Shown here piece by piece: positions 7,616-18,309 of a DNA stretch of 64,000 nucleotides (position 1 is its first letter; each line of letters starts with the position of its first letter). The DNA lies in contig JAIYCS010000018.1 of NCBI GenBank assembly GCA_027487895.1, positions 37,995 to 101,994 on the forward strand, given 5' to 3'. The notes under the pieces were generated by a model that ran no database searches, was not told the DNA's origin, and worked only from the letters and a program-made list of their open reading frames with translations. The position numbers and the translations under genes are program-made. Origin of the DNA: Sediminibacterium sp. Its GTDB lineage: Bacteria > Bacteroidota > Bacteroidia > Chitinophagales > Chitinophagaceae.

Positions 7616-10576
7616 ATGAGAAAATTAGTTGTCATGATTTTGTGTGCAACACTTGCTTTTACGCAGTCTTTCGCACAAAACCGCACGGTTAGCGGAAAGG
7701 TTACCGATGAAAAAGGCGCTGCTATTGCTGGTGCAAGCGTAGTTGCTAAATCATCAAAAGGTGGTACAACCACTGCTGCCGACGGTACCTTTAAATTAAC
7801 GGTGCCTAACACAGTTAAAGTGTTAACGATTTCATCGTTAAACTTTGTTCAAAAAGACGTAACCATTGCTGCTAACAATACAGCAAACGCTTCACTTACC
7901 GCTTCTGCTGCAGATGCATTAGACGAGGTAATTGTAGTAGGTTATGGTGCTGCAAAAAAGAAGTCAGACGTAACAGGATCTGTAGTATCTGTTAACGCAG
8001 AAAAATTACAGAACAAGCCAACTGCAAACATGTTTGACGCCTTACAAGGTAAGGTTCCAGGTTTACAGGTGTACAACAACTCTGGTGAGCCTTCTGCTAC
8101 ACCAACACTTCGTTTAAACGGTGTGGGATCTTTAGGAGCAAGTTCAACTCCATTATATGTAATGGATGGTATTCCTATCGACGCGGGTACAATTGTTAGC
8201 TTAAACCCTGAAGATTTTGAGTCTGTAACTGTTTTAAGAGACGCATCTTCAACTTCTATTTATGGTTCAAGAGCTGCAAATGGTGTTATTTATATCACTT
8301 CAAAAAAAGGTAAAGTAAATAGTTCTAAAATCACCGTTCAGTCTCAATATGGTGTTTCTAACCTAGTTAAGCCAACGCTTGACTTGTTTAACAACTTTAT
8401 GAATACCAAGCAACTTACAGATTTTTGGGTTGCTACTGGTTTTAGAACGCCTGCTCAAGTAGCTTCTTTATTATCACAATATAATGCTGACACGAAGTGG
8501 TACCAACAGTACTACAAAGAAAACATTCCAACACAGCAAATTGATTTAAACATCTCTGGTGGTGGTGGAAAAACAACCTATTACATTTCAGGTTCTGCAT
8601 TCAAGCAAGAAGGTCTAACCTACCGTTCAGATTTTGAGCGTTACACGATGCGTGCTAACTTAAATACCACCGTTAACAACTGGTTTAAATTAGGCGTTAA
8701 TTTAGCTGGTGGTTATGATGAAAGACAAACAAACCCTTATGGTTCAAACAGTACCAACAGAGGTTTATCTTTACTTCGTCAGCCATTCTACTCGGCGTAT
8801 GATGCTAATGGTGTTAAATATCCAGATATTATCCCGGGTGGTAACTTTTACAACCCTGATTATTTAGCGGATAAAATTCAAAGTCTTGGTGCAAACGTAC
8901 AATTTAACCCAAGTGGATATATCCAATTAAACCCATTTGCCGGCTTTACTTTAAAGTCTCAAGCGGGTATGGAATTTTATGATTTTAGAAGTTCTGGTAA
9001 AACATTACCATCGTTTTTAGGTTCATTAAACAATGGTTCTGTATCTGAATCATTCTCTAGAGGAACAACTAAAACCATTACCAATACAGCAGAGTATACT
9101 TTTAAGCTCAAACAGCGTAATAGCTTTACTTTCCTTGCTGGTCAAGAATTTATTTATAACAATACCAACGGATTTAGTGGATCTTCTACAGGTCAAACAG
9201 ATGACCGTTTGGTGTTGATTTCTGCAGGTCCTACTAACTTCCAGGCTAGTTCATTTATGGATGAATATGCATTTGCATCTTACTTTGGACGTTTAAACTA
9301 CAATTTAGACTCTAAATATTTTGTTGACTTATCTGTTCGTAATGACCAATCATCTCGTTTTGGTAGAGCACTTAGAGGCGCTACTTTTTATTCTGCAGGT
9401 TTAATGTGGAAAGCTAAAAACGAAAAGTTCTTACAAAATGTAAAGTGGGTTGATAATTTAGTGGTTAAAGGAAGTATTGGTACCAGTGGTAACTCATCAA
9501 TTGGTAACTACCAATCACTTGCTACAGTGGGTACCAACCTATATAACTCTAGTCCAGGATGGGGCGTAAGCTCTCCGGGTAACCCAGAATTATCATGGGA
9601 AACACAAAAGCAAATTAACCTAGGTGTTCAAGCAACTGTATTCAACAAGCTTAACATTGATGTGGAGTATTTTGACCGTGTAACATCAAGCATGTTAATT
9701 AGTGTTCCTTTCCCTTGGACTTCAGGTTTCTCTTCTGTTACTTCTAACGTAGGTAGCTTAAAGAACTCTGGTTTTAATGCGAATGTTAACTACGACTTCA
9801 TCAAAAAGAAATCTTCTTTCTTGAACGTGTATGTTAACGTTGGTTATGTTGAGCAAAAAGTTACAGAATTATTCCAAGGCAAACAGTACTGGATCATTCC
9901 AAATACTGGTGTTTGTTGGGCAGTGGGACAACCAGTATCTTATTTCTATCCAATTTGGGCAGGTGTAGATCCTTCAAATGGAGAAGCTACATGGTACCGT
10001 CCAAATCCAAATCCTGATAAAATTGTTGAAACTACAAAGTCTACAACAACCAATGCATTTAATACAGCTGGTTTACAACAAAATACGGGTATCAACAGAT
10101 ACGCTCCATTTAATGGTGGTTTTGGATTTAGCGCTGGCGTAAGAGAGTTTTCTGTAAGTGCAGATTTCTCTTTCTCTAAGGGTAAATACATGATCAACAA
10201 CGACCGTTATTTCTTTGAAAATCCAAACCAGTTTACAGGATTTAACCAATCTAACACCGTACTTGATTACTGGAAAAAACCAGGTGATCAAACTCGTTTC
10301 CCTAGATATGGTGTTCAGTTTACACAGTTTGATACAAGGTTAATTGAGGACGCTTCATTTATGCGTTTAAAAGCATTGACTTTTGCTTACGATTTTTCAA
10401 AGACTTTGTTAAACAAGCAAAAGGTATTAACTGGAGCTAAGTTCTATGTTACAATGCGTAACATTTGGACTTTAACAAATTATTCTGGTCCTGATCCTGA
10501 GGTTGATACCAACGTATCTTTAGGTGCTAACCCTAACACAAGTCAAGTTGCTGTTGGATTAAACCTTTCGTTCTAA
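7616..10576 (+). CDS. SusC/RagA-family TonB-dependent outer-membrane transporter
   Basis: 986 aa. Signal peptide, a carboxypeptidase-regulatory-like N-domain (VSGKVTDEKGAAIAGASV), TonB box/plug DEVIVVGYG and a C-terminal ...VGLNLSF. Followed directly by a SusD homolog. Confidence 0.95.
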   Translation: MRKLVVMILCATLAFTQSFAQNRTVSGKVTDEKGAAIAGASVVAKSSKGGTTTAADGTFKLTVPNTVKVLTISSLNFVQKDVTIAANNTANASLTASAADALDEVIVVGYGAAKKKSDVTGSVVSVNAEKLQNKPTANMFDALQGKVPGLQVYNNSGEPSATPTLRLNGVGSLGASSTPLYVMDGIPIDAGTIVSLNPEDFESVTVLRDASSTSIYGSRAANGVIYITSKKGKVNSSKITVQSQYGVSNLVKPTLDLFNNFMNTKQLTDFWVATGFRTPAQVASLLSQYNADTKWYQQYYKENIPTQQIDLNISGGGGKTTYYISGSAFKQEGLTYRSDFERYTMRANLNTTVNNWFKLGVNLAGGYDERQTNPYGSNSTNRGLSLLRQPFYSAYDANGVKYPDIIPGGNFYNPDYLADKIQSLGANVQFNPSGYIQLNPFAGFTLKSQAGMEFYDFRSSGKTLPSFLGSLNNGSVSESFSRGTTKTITNTAEYTFKLKQRNSFTFLAGQEFIYNNTNGFSGSSTGQTDDRLVLISAGPTNFQASSFMDEYAFASYFGRLNYNLDSKYFVDLSVRNDQSSRFGRALRGATFYSAGLMWKAKNEKFLQNVKWVDNLVVKGSIGTSGNSSIGNYQSLATVGTNLYNSSPGWGVSSPGNPELSWETQKQINLGVQATVFNKLNIDVEYFDRVTSSMLISVPFPWTSGFSSVTSNVGSLKNSGFNANVNYDFIKKKSSFLNVYVNVGYVEQKVTELFQGKQYWIIPNTGVCWAVGQPVSYFYPIWAGVDPSNGEATWYRPNPNPDKIVETTKSTTTNAFNTAGLQQNTGINRYAPFNGGFGFSAGVREFSVSADFSFSKGKYMINNDRYFFENPNQFTGFNQSNTVLDYWKKPGDQTRFPRYGVQFTQFDTRLIEDASFMRLKALTFAYDFSKTLLNKQKVLTGAKFYVTMRNIWTLTNYSGPDPEVDTNVSLGANPNTSQVAVGLNLSF

Positions 10577-10595
10577 GCTTTACATAACCAGTTAA

Positions 10596-12116
10596 ATGAA
10601 AATGAAAATGAAAAAATTACTTATAAAAAATATGGTCGCTTTTGCAGCAATCCTTTCTTTAGGATCTTGCGAAAAAAGACTTGACCTATATCCGTTTAAC
10701 AGTATTGAGTTGTCTCAATCTTTTCAAACGGCTAAGGATGCAGCCACTTGGAATACAGGTTTATATTCTGATTTACGTGGTAGGGTTTATGGCTCTTACA
10801 ACATCTCTCAGGATGTGCAAGCAGATCAGTTAAATGCTAGCTTAGACTTTGGTAACAGAAACGGTAACCCGCACAGATGGGGAACTAGCTTTTTGTCTGA
10901 TGATGGCGCATTAAGTGGTGCTTGGCAGGGTTATTACTTTGCATTAAGAAATATCAATACCTGTATCGCAGGTTTTGAAACCATCAAAACTACAACTGCT
11001 GCAGAAGCAGCATCGCTTAATAAGTTCAAAGGTGATGCGTATCTAGCACGTGCTTACTACTATTCAGAATTGATTTTGCGTTTTGCAAAACCTTACGATA
11101 GAGCTACGGCTGCCACTGATTTAGGTGTGCCATTGGTTTTAGAGTTTAACATCAATGCAAGACCAGCTAGAGCAACAGTTCAAAAAGTGTATGATCAAAT
11201 TTTGTCTGATATTGCTACTGCAAAATTAAATCTTGCTTCTACTGCTGGAACTCCAGGTGCAACAAGATTTACGATTGACGTTGCTACTGCTTTAGAAGCA
11301 CGTGTACGTTTACACATGCAAGATTGGGCAGGTGCTATGGCTGCTTCAAATACTATTATCACAAGTAATAGATACCCACTTTTAAATACACTGACTAATT
11401 TAAATAACATGTGGACCAACGATTTGGCTACAGAAGTTATTTTCCAGTGTGCTGTAGTAAGACAAACAGAGCAGGCGCCAACCAATTCTATTTATCTAGG
11501 GTTTAATGGTGCAACTGGTAAGTTTACGCCTGATTTTATTCCTACTGTAGAATGCGTGAATATGTATGCTGCTTCTGATTTAAGAAGACAAGTATATTTA
11601 AAGCAACTTCCTGTGATTGTACAGGGCGTTAACTACCCAACAATGTGGTGTGTAAATAAATTCCCTGGTAACCCAGCTTTATTTACGGGTGCATTTACCA
11701 ACTACCAACATGCTCCTAAAGTATTTCGTGCTGCAGAGCAGTTCTTAATTTATGCCGAAGCTGCTGCAAATGCAGGTGGCGCTAATGAAGCACTTGCTTT
11801 ATCTACACTTAATACATTACGTGTTGCTAGAGGTTTAACAGCATTGTCTGGTTTAACAGGCACTGCTTTAATGACTGAAATCAGAAACGAAAGAACCAGA
11901 GAATTAGCTTTCGAAGGTTTCCGTTTATTTGACTTGAAGCGTTGGAAGTTAGGCTTTACAAGAGGTACACCTCAAGATTTAGGTGCTATCAATACAACGC
12001 CTGCAACTAGCTATCATCAAATTAACATAGCAGCGAATAACCCTCAGTTTGTTTGGGGTATTCCTACTTATGAAATCAATATCAATACCAACCTTGTTCA
12101 AAATCCAGGATGGTAA
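10596..12116 (+). CDS. SusD/RagB-family nutrient-binding outer-membrane lipoprotein
   Basis: 506 aa with lipobox LSLGSC. Alpha-helical TPR-like SusD blocks (AYLARAYYY, RNERTRELAFEGFRLFDLKRW). Lies 19 nt after susC. Confidence 0.9.
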   Translation: MKMKMKKLLIKNMVAFAAILSLGSCEKRLDLYPFNSIELSQSFQTAKDAATWNTGLYSDLRGRVYGSYNISQDVQADQLNASLDFGNRNGNPHRWGTSFLSDDGALSGAWQGYYFALRNINTCIAGFETIKTTTAAEAASLNKFKGDAYLARAYYYSELILRFAKPYDRATAATDLGVPLVLEFNINARPARATVQKVYDQILSDIATAKLNLASTAGTPGATRFTIDVATALEARVRLHMQDWAGAMAASNTIITSNRYPLLNTLTNLNNMWTNDLATEVIFQCAVVRQTEQAPTNSIYLGFNGATGKFTPDFIPTVECVNMYAASDLRRQVYLKQLPVIVQGVNYPTMWCVNKFPGNPALFTGAFTNYQHAPKVFRAAEQFLIYAEAAANAGGANEALALSTLNTLRVARGLTALSGLTGTALMTEIRNERTRELAFEGFRLFDLKRWKLGFTRGTPQDLGAINTTPATSYHQINIAANNPQFVWGIPTYEININTNLVQNPGW

Positions 12117-12134
12117 TTGTTTCATACAATGCAT

Positions 12135-12171
12135 AAAAAAATGGCGCTCGATTTCGAGCGCCATTTTTTTT
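12135..12171. terminator. bidirectional rho-independent terminator between susD (+) and the tlpA-like gene (-)
   Basis: Perfect 10-bp stem ATGGCGCTCG (12141-12150) / CGAGCGCCAT (12155-12164) with a 4-nt loop. Flanked by an A6 run upstream and a T7 run downstream. Confidence 0.8.
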
Positions 12172-12184
12172 ACTTCAAACTGAG

Positions 12185-13318
12185 TTATTTTAAAACAGCT
12201 GCTAATGTTTTTTCTAGGTCTTGACCACGTAAACTGCTCGCAATAATTTTACCAGAAGGATCTACAAGCACATTAAATGGAATACCGTCAAATCCATATA
12301 AAGGTACCATACTTGATTCCCACTGCTTTAAATCACTTACTTGTTTCCAGTTTAATCCATCGTTTTTAATGGCCTTTATCCAAGCTTCTTTGTCATTGTC
12401 TAAAGACACGCCTAAAATGGTAAAGTTTTTATCTTTAAACTTATTATAAGCGGCTACTACATTTGGATTTTCTTGTCTGCAAGGTCCACACCAACTAGCC
12501 CAAAAATCTACAAGTACATATTTTCCTTTTAAAGAAGACAATGAAAAAGCTTTGCCCTCTGTGTCAGGCAAATTAATTTCAGGGGCTTGCTTATTCAATA
12601 GGGCATACGCATTAGCTCCGCTTGGTGCCGCTTGTTGAACGGTCATTAAGGCTTTAATTTTTGCAAGACCCGTATGTTCTTTAAATTTTACAGAAGCCTT
12701 TTCTACAAGTTGTTTAACTGCTTCTTCAGGCATTGTTCTAGTAGCCATTCCAATCGCATAATAGATAGCCGCAGGACTTTTTGAATTATTGATAAATACA
12801 TTAACAAGATTATTGATAGACAAAAGTCCGTTGTCTCTATTTTTAGTTAACACTTGTACTAAACTATCATTGCCAGACTGTTGTTGAGCGGTTTCTAATG
12901 CATTAAAATCGACCATTAAAGAAGAGTCTGCAGCACTATATTTTGCAAATAAAGTTTGAAGGCTTTTGCTTGCTTCAGAATCTTCGATTTCATATAATCT
13001 GGGCTTATTAACGTCGATATTAACGCGTATACTCTTTTCGTCATTGACAAGTAGTACTTCCGGCCCTCTTTCTAAACTTAGCCTATACAAACCTTCCTCT
13101 AAGGCGGTAGCCCTTAATTCAAATTTTCCATTAGCTTGAAGTGTTGCCGAGTCTAGTATTAATGGCTCAGATCCAGCAAAAGGTAGTTCTTGTAAGTATA
13201 TTTTTTGACTACCCGCGTTGCTTACTTTACCGCTAACAGTAAAGCCGCCATATTTTTTTTCGGCACAGCCAAATAAAATACTAACTGCAATTAGAGAAAC
13301 ACTAATTGTTTTTTTCAT
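12185..13318 (-). CDS. TlpA-family thiol:disulfide oxidoreductase lipoprotein
   Basis: 377 aa with lipobox ILFGC and a C-terminal thioredoxin domain containing WASWCGPC. Confidence 0.85.
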   Translation of the reverse strand: MKKTISVSLIAVSILFGCAEKKYGGFTVSGKVSNAGSQKIYLQELPFAGSEPLILDSATLQANGKFELRATALEEGLYRLSLERGPEVLLVNDEKSIRVNIDVNKPRLYEIEDSEASKSLQTLFAKYSAADSSLMVDFNALETAQQQSGNDSLVQVLTKNRDNGLLSINNLVNVFINNSKSPAAIYYAIGMATRTMPEEAVKQLVEKASVKFKEHTGLAKIKALMTVQQAAPSGANAYALLNKQAPEINLPDTEGKAFSLSSLKGKYVLVDFWASWCGPCRQENPNVVAAYNKFKDKNFTILGVSLDNDKEAWIKAIKNDGLNWKQVSDLKQWESSMVPLYGFDGIPFNVLVDPSGKIIASSLRGQDLEKTLAAVLK

Positions 13319-13340
13319 GATTGGTGTATTAATTGAATAA

Positions 13341-14789
13341 TTATTTATTTAATTTTTTGATGAGTAGTTCGCTTACTTTGTTTGGATCTGCTTGGCCTTG
13401 ACTCATTTTTTTTACGGCGCCAACAAAAACACCCAATAAGCCTTTTTTACCCTTTTGGTATTCAATAACTTTATCTGGCATACTAGCAATAGCAGCGTCT
13501 ACCCAAGTTTCTAGGGCATCAACATCATTCACTTGTAAGACATTGAGCTCCTTTGCTACAGCTAAGACATCTGTTTTTGATCCGTCAATAAGCTGAGGTA
13601 AAATTTTAGATGATGCCACCGAAAAATTTAATTGACCTGCTTCGATTAGTTGAATAAGATCCGCCAGTGTATTAGGTTGTAGCGCAAGCTCTCTATAATT
13701 TAGCCCTGCATCATTCAAGTATGATTTAATTGGACCCAGCATCCAATTGGCAACCGATTTATAATTTGTTGTATGTTTAGCTGCCGCCTCAAAATATTTT
13801 ACAGTATTGAGTGATTCGCAAATTTGAGCTGCATCATATTTACTAAGTTGGTATTGTGTTATCAATTTTTCCTCAACTGCAGCAGGCAAAACAGGTAAGC
13901 CTAATTTTATTTCATTGATATACGCATCACTTAATACAAAGGGCGCTAAATCTGGATCCGGAAAATAACGGTAATCATTTGCTTCTTCTTTATCCCTAAT
14001 CGCAAATGTGGTGTCGTTGGATGCATCAAAACTTCTGGTTTGTTGGATAATAGTCCCGCCGGATTCAAGTATTTCAACGAGTCGGGCAATTTCAAATTCA
14101 ATTGCTTTTTTTACATTCCGAATAGAATTTAAATTTTTCACTTCAACTCTAGTGCCTAACTTCTTTTCGCCTTTTAGTCGCACCGACACATTGGCGTCAC
14201 ATCTTAAAGATCCTTCCTCCATATTTCCATCACAAATGCCAAGCCACTGTACTAGTTTTCTGATTTCAGTTACATAGGCAAATGCTTCTTCGGCACTATT
14301 TAAATCAGGCTCCGTAACTATTTCAATTAAGGGGGTGCCAGCTCTATTTAAATCTATGAGGGTATGTGAAGGGTCAATGTCATGAATACTTTTTCCCGCG
14401 TCTTCCTCTAAATGAATTCTATTTAATTGTACAAAGCGCTTTGAACTCTCTACTTGTATGGGAACTTTTCCGCCTGCGCAAATAGGAGTGGTGTGTTGAG
14501 AAATTTGATAACCTTTAGGAAGGTCTGGGTAGAAATAATTTTTTCTAGCAAAGTAGTTTTCCTTGACAATGGTGGAATTACATGCGAGTCCCATTCTAAT
14601 GGCAAACTCAACTGCTTTTTTATTGGTTTTTGGAAGACTACCCGGGTGTCCCATTGTGATGGGGCTAATTTGGGTATTTGGAGGAGCGCCAAATGTAGTG
14701 GCGTCTGAACAAAATAGCTTGCTGTTGGTAGCTAGCTGTGCGTGTACTTCTAACCCGATAACTGCTTCGTATTGTTTGCTTAAGGTCAT
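13341..14789 (-). CDS. gatB: Asp-tRNA(Asn)/Glu-tRNA(Gln) amidotransferase subunit B
   Basis: YEAVIGLEVHAQL N-terminal signature and full-length GatB blocks. The track start at 14798 is a TTG; the ATG at 14789 is preferred. Confidence 0.95.
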   Translation of the reverse strand: MTLSKQYEAVIGLEVHAQLATNSKLFCSDATTFGAPPNTQISPITMGHPGSLPKTNKKAVEFAIRMGLACNSTIVKENYFARKNYFYPDLPKGYQISQHTTPICAGGKVPIQVESSKRFVQLNRIHLEEDAGKSIHDIDPSHTLIDLNRAGTPLIEIVTEPDLNSAEEAFAYVTEIRKLVQWLGICDGNMEEGSLRCDANVSVRLKGEKKLGTRVEVKNLNSIRNVKKAIEFEIARLVEILESGGTIIQQTRSFDASNDTTFAIRDKEEANDYRYFPDPDLAPFVLSDAYINEIKLGLPVLPAAVEEKLITQYQLSKYDAAQICESLNTVKYFEAAAKHTTNYKSVANWMLGPIKSYLNDAGLNYRELALQPNTLADLIQLIEAGQLNFSVASSKILPQLIDGSKTDVLAVAKELNVLQVNDVDALETWVDAAIASMPDKVIEYQKGKKGLLGVFVGAVKKMSQGQADPNKVSELLIKKLNK

Positions 14790-14795
14790 CTCAAA

Positions 14796-14803
14796 CAAAA
14801 ATA
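14796..14803 (-). promoter_or_regulatory. candidate -7 box (TAnnTTTG) immediately upstream of gatB
   Basis: The minus strand reads TATTTTTG TTTGAG ATG, leaving 6 nt between the box and the ATG at 14789. Confidence 0.35.
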
Positions 14804-14838
14804 TGATTAGTTACCGGGTTATCGCACACTTTGGAGGC

Positions 14839-15519
14839 TTATATATTAGCCTTCTTTACTTTTTTTGGAATTTTAACAGTCACTTCTTTAGACTTGCCAT
14901 CACGCGTTAACTTTAAAGCGATGGTGTCGCCTGCTTTTAAATCACTAGCTTTTTCTTGAAGAGTAGCTACATCACAAATAGATGAACCATCAACAGATGT
15001 AATGATATCATTTTTTGCGATACCTGCTTTTGCAGCTGGAGAACCTTCTGTAACCTCTAATACTTTTGCACCAGGACCTTCTGTTAGGTCTTCGATGCTG
15101 ATTCCAATTTTTGGACCATCATTAAATGCAAGTGCAAATGTCTCTCCTAACTTGCTCATGTCAAGTGGCATACCTTTTGCAATTTTTAATTCACCTACCA
15201 TTCCATCTAATTTAGGAAGTGGGGCATTCATATCATCAGATTTGAACATCATCACTTTTGGAACGTTCGTTACTTTTGGAATACCATTTGCACCACCCAT
15301 CATTTCCGGTAAATTAACACCGTCAATACCAACAGGTTTGCCATTAATGGTAACTTTTCCATTTTCTACAATGACTGTCATTTTTTGAGGGCCACTCTCT
15401 TTTCCATGAACGATGGTGGTATCCATTGTTTTTACAATGACTACTTTCTTTTCTTCTTGGGCTGCTGCTGCGTTAATGATGAAGCAACCAGCCATAATTG
15501 ATGCAATAATTTTGAACAT
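14839..15519 (-). CDS. exported PDZ-domain protein
   Basis: 226 aa with a signal peptide ending AAAAQ. C-terminal PDZ block GAKVLEVTEGSPAAKAGIAKNDIITSVDG. Confidence 0.7.
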   Translation of the reverse strand: MFKIIASIMAGCFIINAAAAQEEKKVVIVKTMDTTIVHGKESGPQKMTVIVENGKVTINGKPVGIDGVNLPEMMGGANGIPKVTNVPKVMMFKSDDMNAPLPKLDGMVGELKIAKGMPLDMSKLGETFALAFNDGPKIGISIEDLTEGPGAKVLEVTEGSPAAKAGIAKNDIITSVDGSSICDVATLQEKASDLKAGDTIALKLTRDGKSKEVTVKIPKKVKKANI

Positions 15520-15570
15520 AGTTTTGATTATTTGATACTTTAAAGTTATTTTTTTTCTTGAATAAATATA

Positions 15571-18192
15571 CTATTTTAACACCCCTTTTACAGATTCAAT
15601 CACCTGTAATAGATTGCTAGGATCCTGTCCACCAGCGGTTGCTAGGCCTTTTTGTCCACCCCCACCACCTTTAATAAGCGGCGCAACTTGTTCTTTAATA
15701 ATTTTTTGCGCTTCTAGCCCTTTACTGGTTTGTAGGGTATCATTAACTAACACAGCTACGGCTGCTTTTCCTTCAATATTGGCAGCGAGAACTACCAGTA
15801 AGTTTGTATATTTTCCTTGTAACTCTGTACATAATTTTTTAAGACCATCAGGGTTACCAACAGTTACAACAGCACCAATAAAATGTGTATCTCCAATTGA
15901 GACAACTGTATTTTCTAGTTCTTTTTTAATTGCAACAAGCGCCTGCGCTTCATAAGACTCAATGCGTTTTTTTAACAACTGTAAATCGGCAACCATTTGT
16001 TGCACTGCTTTAACAGGCTCCTTGGTATTCTTTACAAGTTCTTTAATGGTTTCAAGTTCCGCTAATGCTTCGTTAACCTGTGTTGTAGCGCCTTCGCCGC
16101 AAACAGCTTCAATACGTCTTACGCCAGCTGCTACCGCAGATTCGCTTCTTAATTTAAATAAACCAAGTGCGCCTGTTGCGCCAACATGCGTACCACCACA
16201 TAGTTCAATAGAATAATTTGGATCCATGATAACAACCCTTACGGTATCACCATACTTTTCGCCAAATAAAGCCATGGCACCCAGCGCTACTGCTTCATCT
16301 TTGGTCATCTCTTTGATGACTACCGGAATATTAGCTCTAATTTTTTCGTTGATGATGTCTTCGATTTGTTGTAATTCCTCGTCACTCACTTTTGCAAAAT
16401 GAGAAAAGTCAAAACGAAGTTGCGCAGCATTTACAAGGCTACCTTTTTGTGCCACATGCGTACCCAGTACCTGTCTTAAAGCAGCGTGTAATAAATGTGT
16501 TGCACTATGATGTGCGCAAATGCTTTTTCGAATATCTGTATTTACTTTAGCCACTACGGATCCTTCCAAACTAGCAGGAATGTCGGTGGTAAAATGAATG
16601 ATTAGGTTGTTTTCTTTTTTAGTATCAATTACATCAATGCTAGATCCTTCAAATTCTAATACACCAATGTCTCCAACCTGTCCACCAGATTCGGCATAAA
16701 ATGGTGTTGTTTCTAAAACAATTTGATAGCCTGTTATTCCTTTGCTTGTTACTTTTCTGTACTTCGTAACGGTTGTCGTACAAACCTTATCGGTATAGCC
16801 AATAAATGTTTGATGCTCGCTATCATTTACAATAATCCAGTCTGCAGCATCTATTGCTGTTGCGGCTCTACTTCTATTTTTTTGTTGCTGCATTTCTGCT
16901 TCAAAACCTTTTTCATCAACTGCTAAATTATTTTCTTGTGCAATTAAACGGGTAAGGTCTATTGGAAATCCGTAGGTATCAAAAAGTTCAAATGCAGCTT
17001 TGCCTTCTATAACACTGCTGTTAGAGGCTTTCATGAGTTCATCAATTCTTTTAAGTCCTTTGTCCAAGGTTCTTAAAAATGAATCTTCTTCTTCTCTTAC
17101 CACTTTTGTTACAAATTCTTGTTGTGCTGCTAATTCAGGAAACACTTCAGAAAATTGGGCTGCTAAAATTGGTACCAATTGAAAAAGTAATGGTTGCTTG
17201 TAATCGAGGTAAGTGTAATAATAACGAACAGCTCTTCGTAAAATACGTCTAATTACATAACCAGCGCCAGTATTGGAAGGTAGTTGTCCATCAGCAATGG
17301 TAAATGAGATCGCTCTGATATGATCTGCGAGTACTCTAAATGCAACGGCTTCTTTGCTATCGCTTCTGTCATATGTTTTTCCAGTGATGGAAGCTACTGC
17401 ATTTATGGTGCCGCTAAATACATCGGTATCATAATTACTTTGCTTGCCTTGTAGCACGCGTACAAGACGCTCAAATCCCATACCGGTGTCTACGTGTTTT
17501 GCAGGAAGTGGCTCAAGTGATCCGTCTTTTAAACGGTTGTATTGCATGAATACATTGTTCCAAATTTCAATTACTTGCGGATGATCTTTGTTAACTAAAT
17601 CTCTGCCTGGAATTAATTTTCTTTCTTCATCAGATCTGCAGTCTACATGTATTTCTGAACATGGACCACATGGACCTGTGTCTCCCATTTCCCAAAAATT
17701 ATCTTTTTTGTTTCCAAAAATAATTTTGTCTTCGTCCACTAATTTTTTCCAAGCTTCAAGTGCAATGGTAGACATGGGTAGTCCTTCACTTGGATCGCCT
17801 TCAAATACAGAAACGTATAAGCGGTCTTTATCAATCTTATATACATCTGTAAGTAGTTCCCAACTCCAAGCAATGGCTTCATCTTTAAAATAATCACCAA
17901 AGCTCCAGTTGCCTAACATTTCAAACATGGTATGGTGGTAGGTGTCAACACCCACTTCTTCAAGGTCATTGTGTTTACCACTCACGCGTAAACATTTTTG
18001 GGTATCTACAATGCGCTTATATTCAGGCTTGCGATTTCCTAAAAAGTAATCTTTAAATTGATTCATGCCTGCATTGGTAAACAAAAGGGTTGGGTCATTT
18101 TTAACCACAATCGGGGCAGATGGTACAATCTGATGTTTTTTAGAAGCAAAAAAGGCTAAAAATTCTTTTCTTATCTCGGCACTGGTCATCAT
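15571..18192 (-). CDS. alaS: alanine--tRNA ligase
   Basis: 873 aa with class II motifs, the editing-domain HxxxH block (HSATHLLHAAL) with CGGTH, and a C-terminal GGGGQ region. Confidence 0.97.
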   Translation of the reverse strand: MMTSAEIRKEFLAFFASKKHQIVPSAPIVVKNDPTLLFTNAGMNQFKDYFLGNRKPEYKRIVDTQKCLRVSGKHNDLEEVGVDTYHHTMFEMLGNWSFGDYFKDEAIAWSWELLTDVYKIDKDRLYVSVFEGDPSEGLPMSTIALEAWKKLVDEDKIIFGNKKDNFWEMGDTGPCGPCSEIHVDCRSDEERKLIPGRDLVNKDHPQVIEIWNNVFMQYNRLKDGSLEPLPAKHVDTGMGFERLVRVLQGKQSNYDTDVFSGTINAVASITGKTYDRSDSKEAVAFRVLADHIRAISFTIADGQLPSNTGAGYVIRRILRRAVRYYYTYLDYKQPLLFQLVPILAAQFSEVFPELAAQQEFVTKVVREEEDSFLRTLDKGLKRIDELMKASNSSVIEGKAAFELFDTYGFPIDLTRLIAQENNLAVDEKGFEAEMQQQKNRSRAATAIDAADWIIVNDSEHQTFIGYTDKVCTTTVTKYRKVTSKGITGYQIVLETTPFYAESGGQVGDIGVLEFEGSSIDVIDTKKENNLIIHFTTDIPASLEGSVVAKVNTDIRKSICAHHSATHLLHAALRQVLGTHVAQKGSLVNAAQLRFDFSHFAKVSDEELQQIEDIINEKIRANIPVVIKEMTKDEAVALGAMALFGEKYGDTVRVVIMDPNYSIELCGGTHVGATGALGLFKLRSESAVAAGVRRIEAVCGEGATTQVNEALAELETIKELVKNTKEPVKAVQQMVADLQLLKKRIESYEAQALVAIKKELENTVVSIGDTHFIGAVVTVGNPDGLKKLCTELQGKYTNLLVVLAANIEGKAAVAVLVNDTLQTSKGLEAQKIIKEQVAPLIKGGGGGQKGLATAGGQDPSNLLQVIESVKGVLK

Positions 18193-18237
18193 AAAAGGGT
18201 ACTAATTTTATTATACTAATTTTACTAGATAGCAGGC

Positions 18238-18245
18238 TATCTTTG
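18238..18245 (+). promoter_or_regulatory. candidate -7 box (TAnnTTTG) for the M23 peptidase gene
   Basis: TATCTTTG lies 64 nt upstream of the ATG at 18310. It sits left of the alaS-directed box, so the two predicted transcripts would cross. Low confidence. Confidence 0.25.
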
Positions 18246-18264
18246 TTGTTCAATATTAAAGCTC

Positions 18265-18272
18265 CAAAGGTA
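18265..18272 (-). promoter_or_regulatory. candidate -7 box (TAnnTTTG) for alaS
   Basis: The minus strand reads TACCTTTG, 72 nt upstream of the alaS ATG at 18192. Confidence 0.25.
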
Positions 18273-18309
18273 AGGAATTGAGCCTTTAGCTACTGATACC
18301 AATGCCCCT

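Noticed and set aside
10596-10613. ATGAAA repeated three times at the susD start (MKMKMKK)
   Set aside because: It is a trivial 6-nt repeat. It only makes the exact start ambiguous by 2-4 codons and is not a repeat element.
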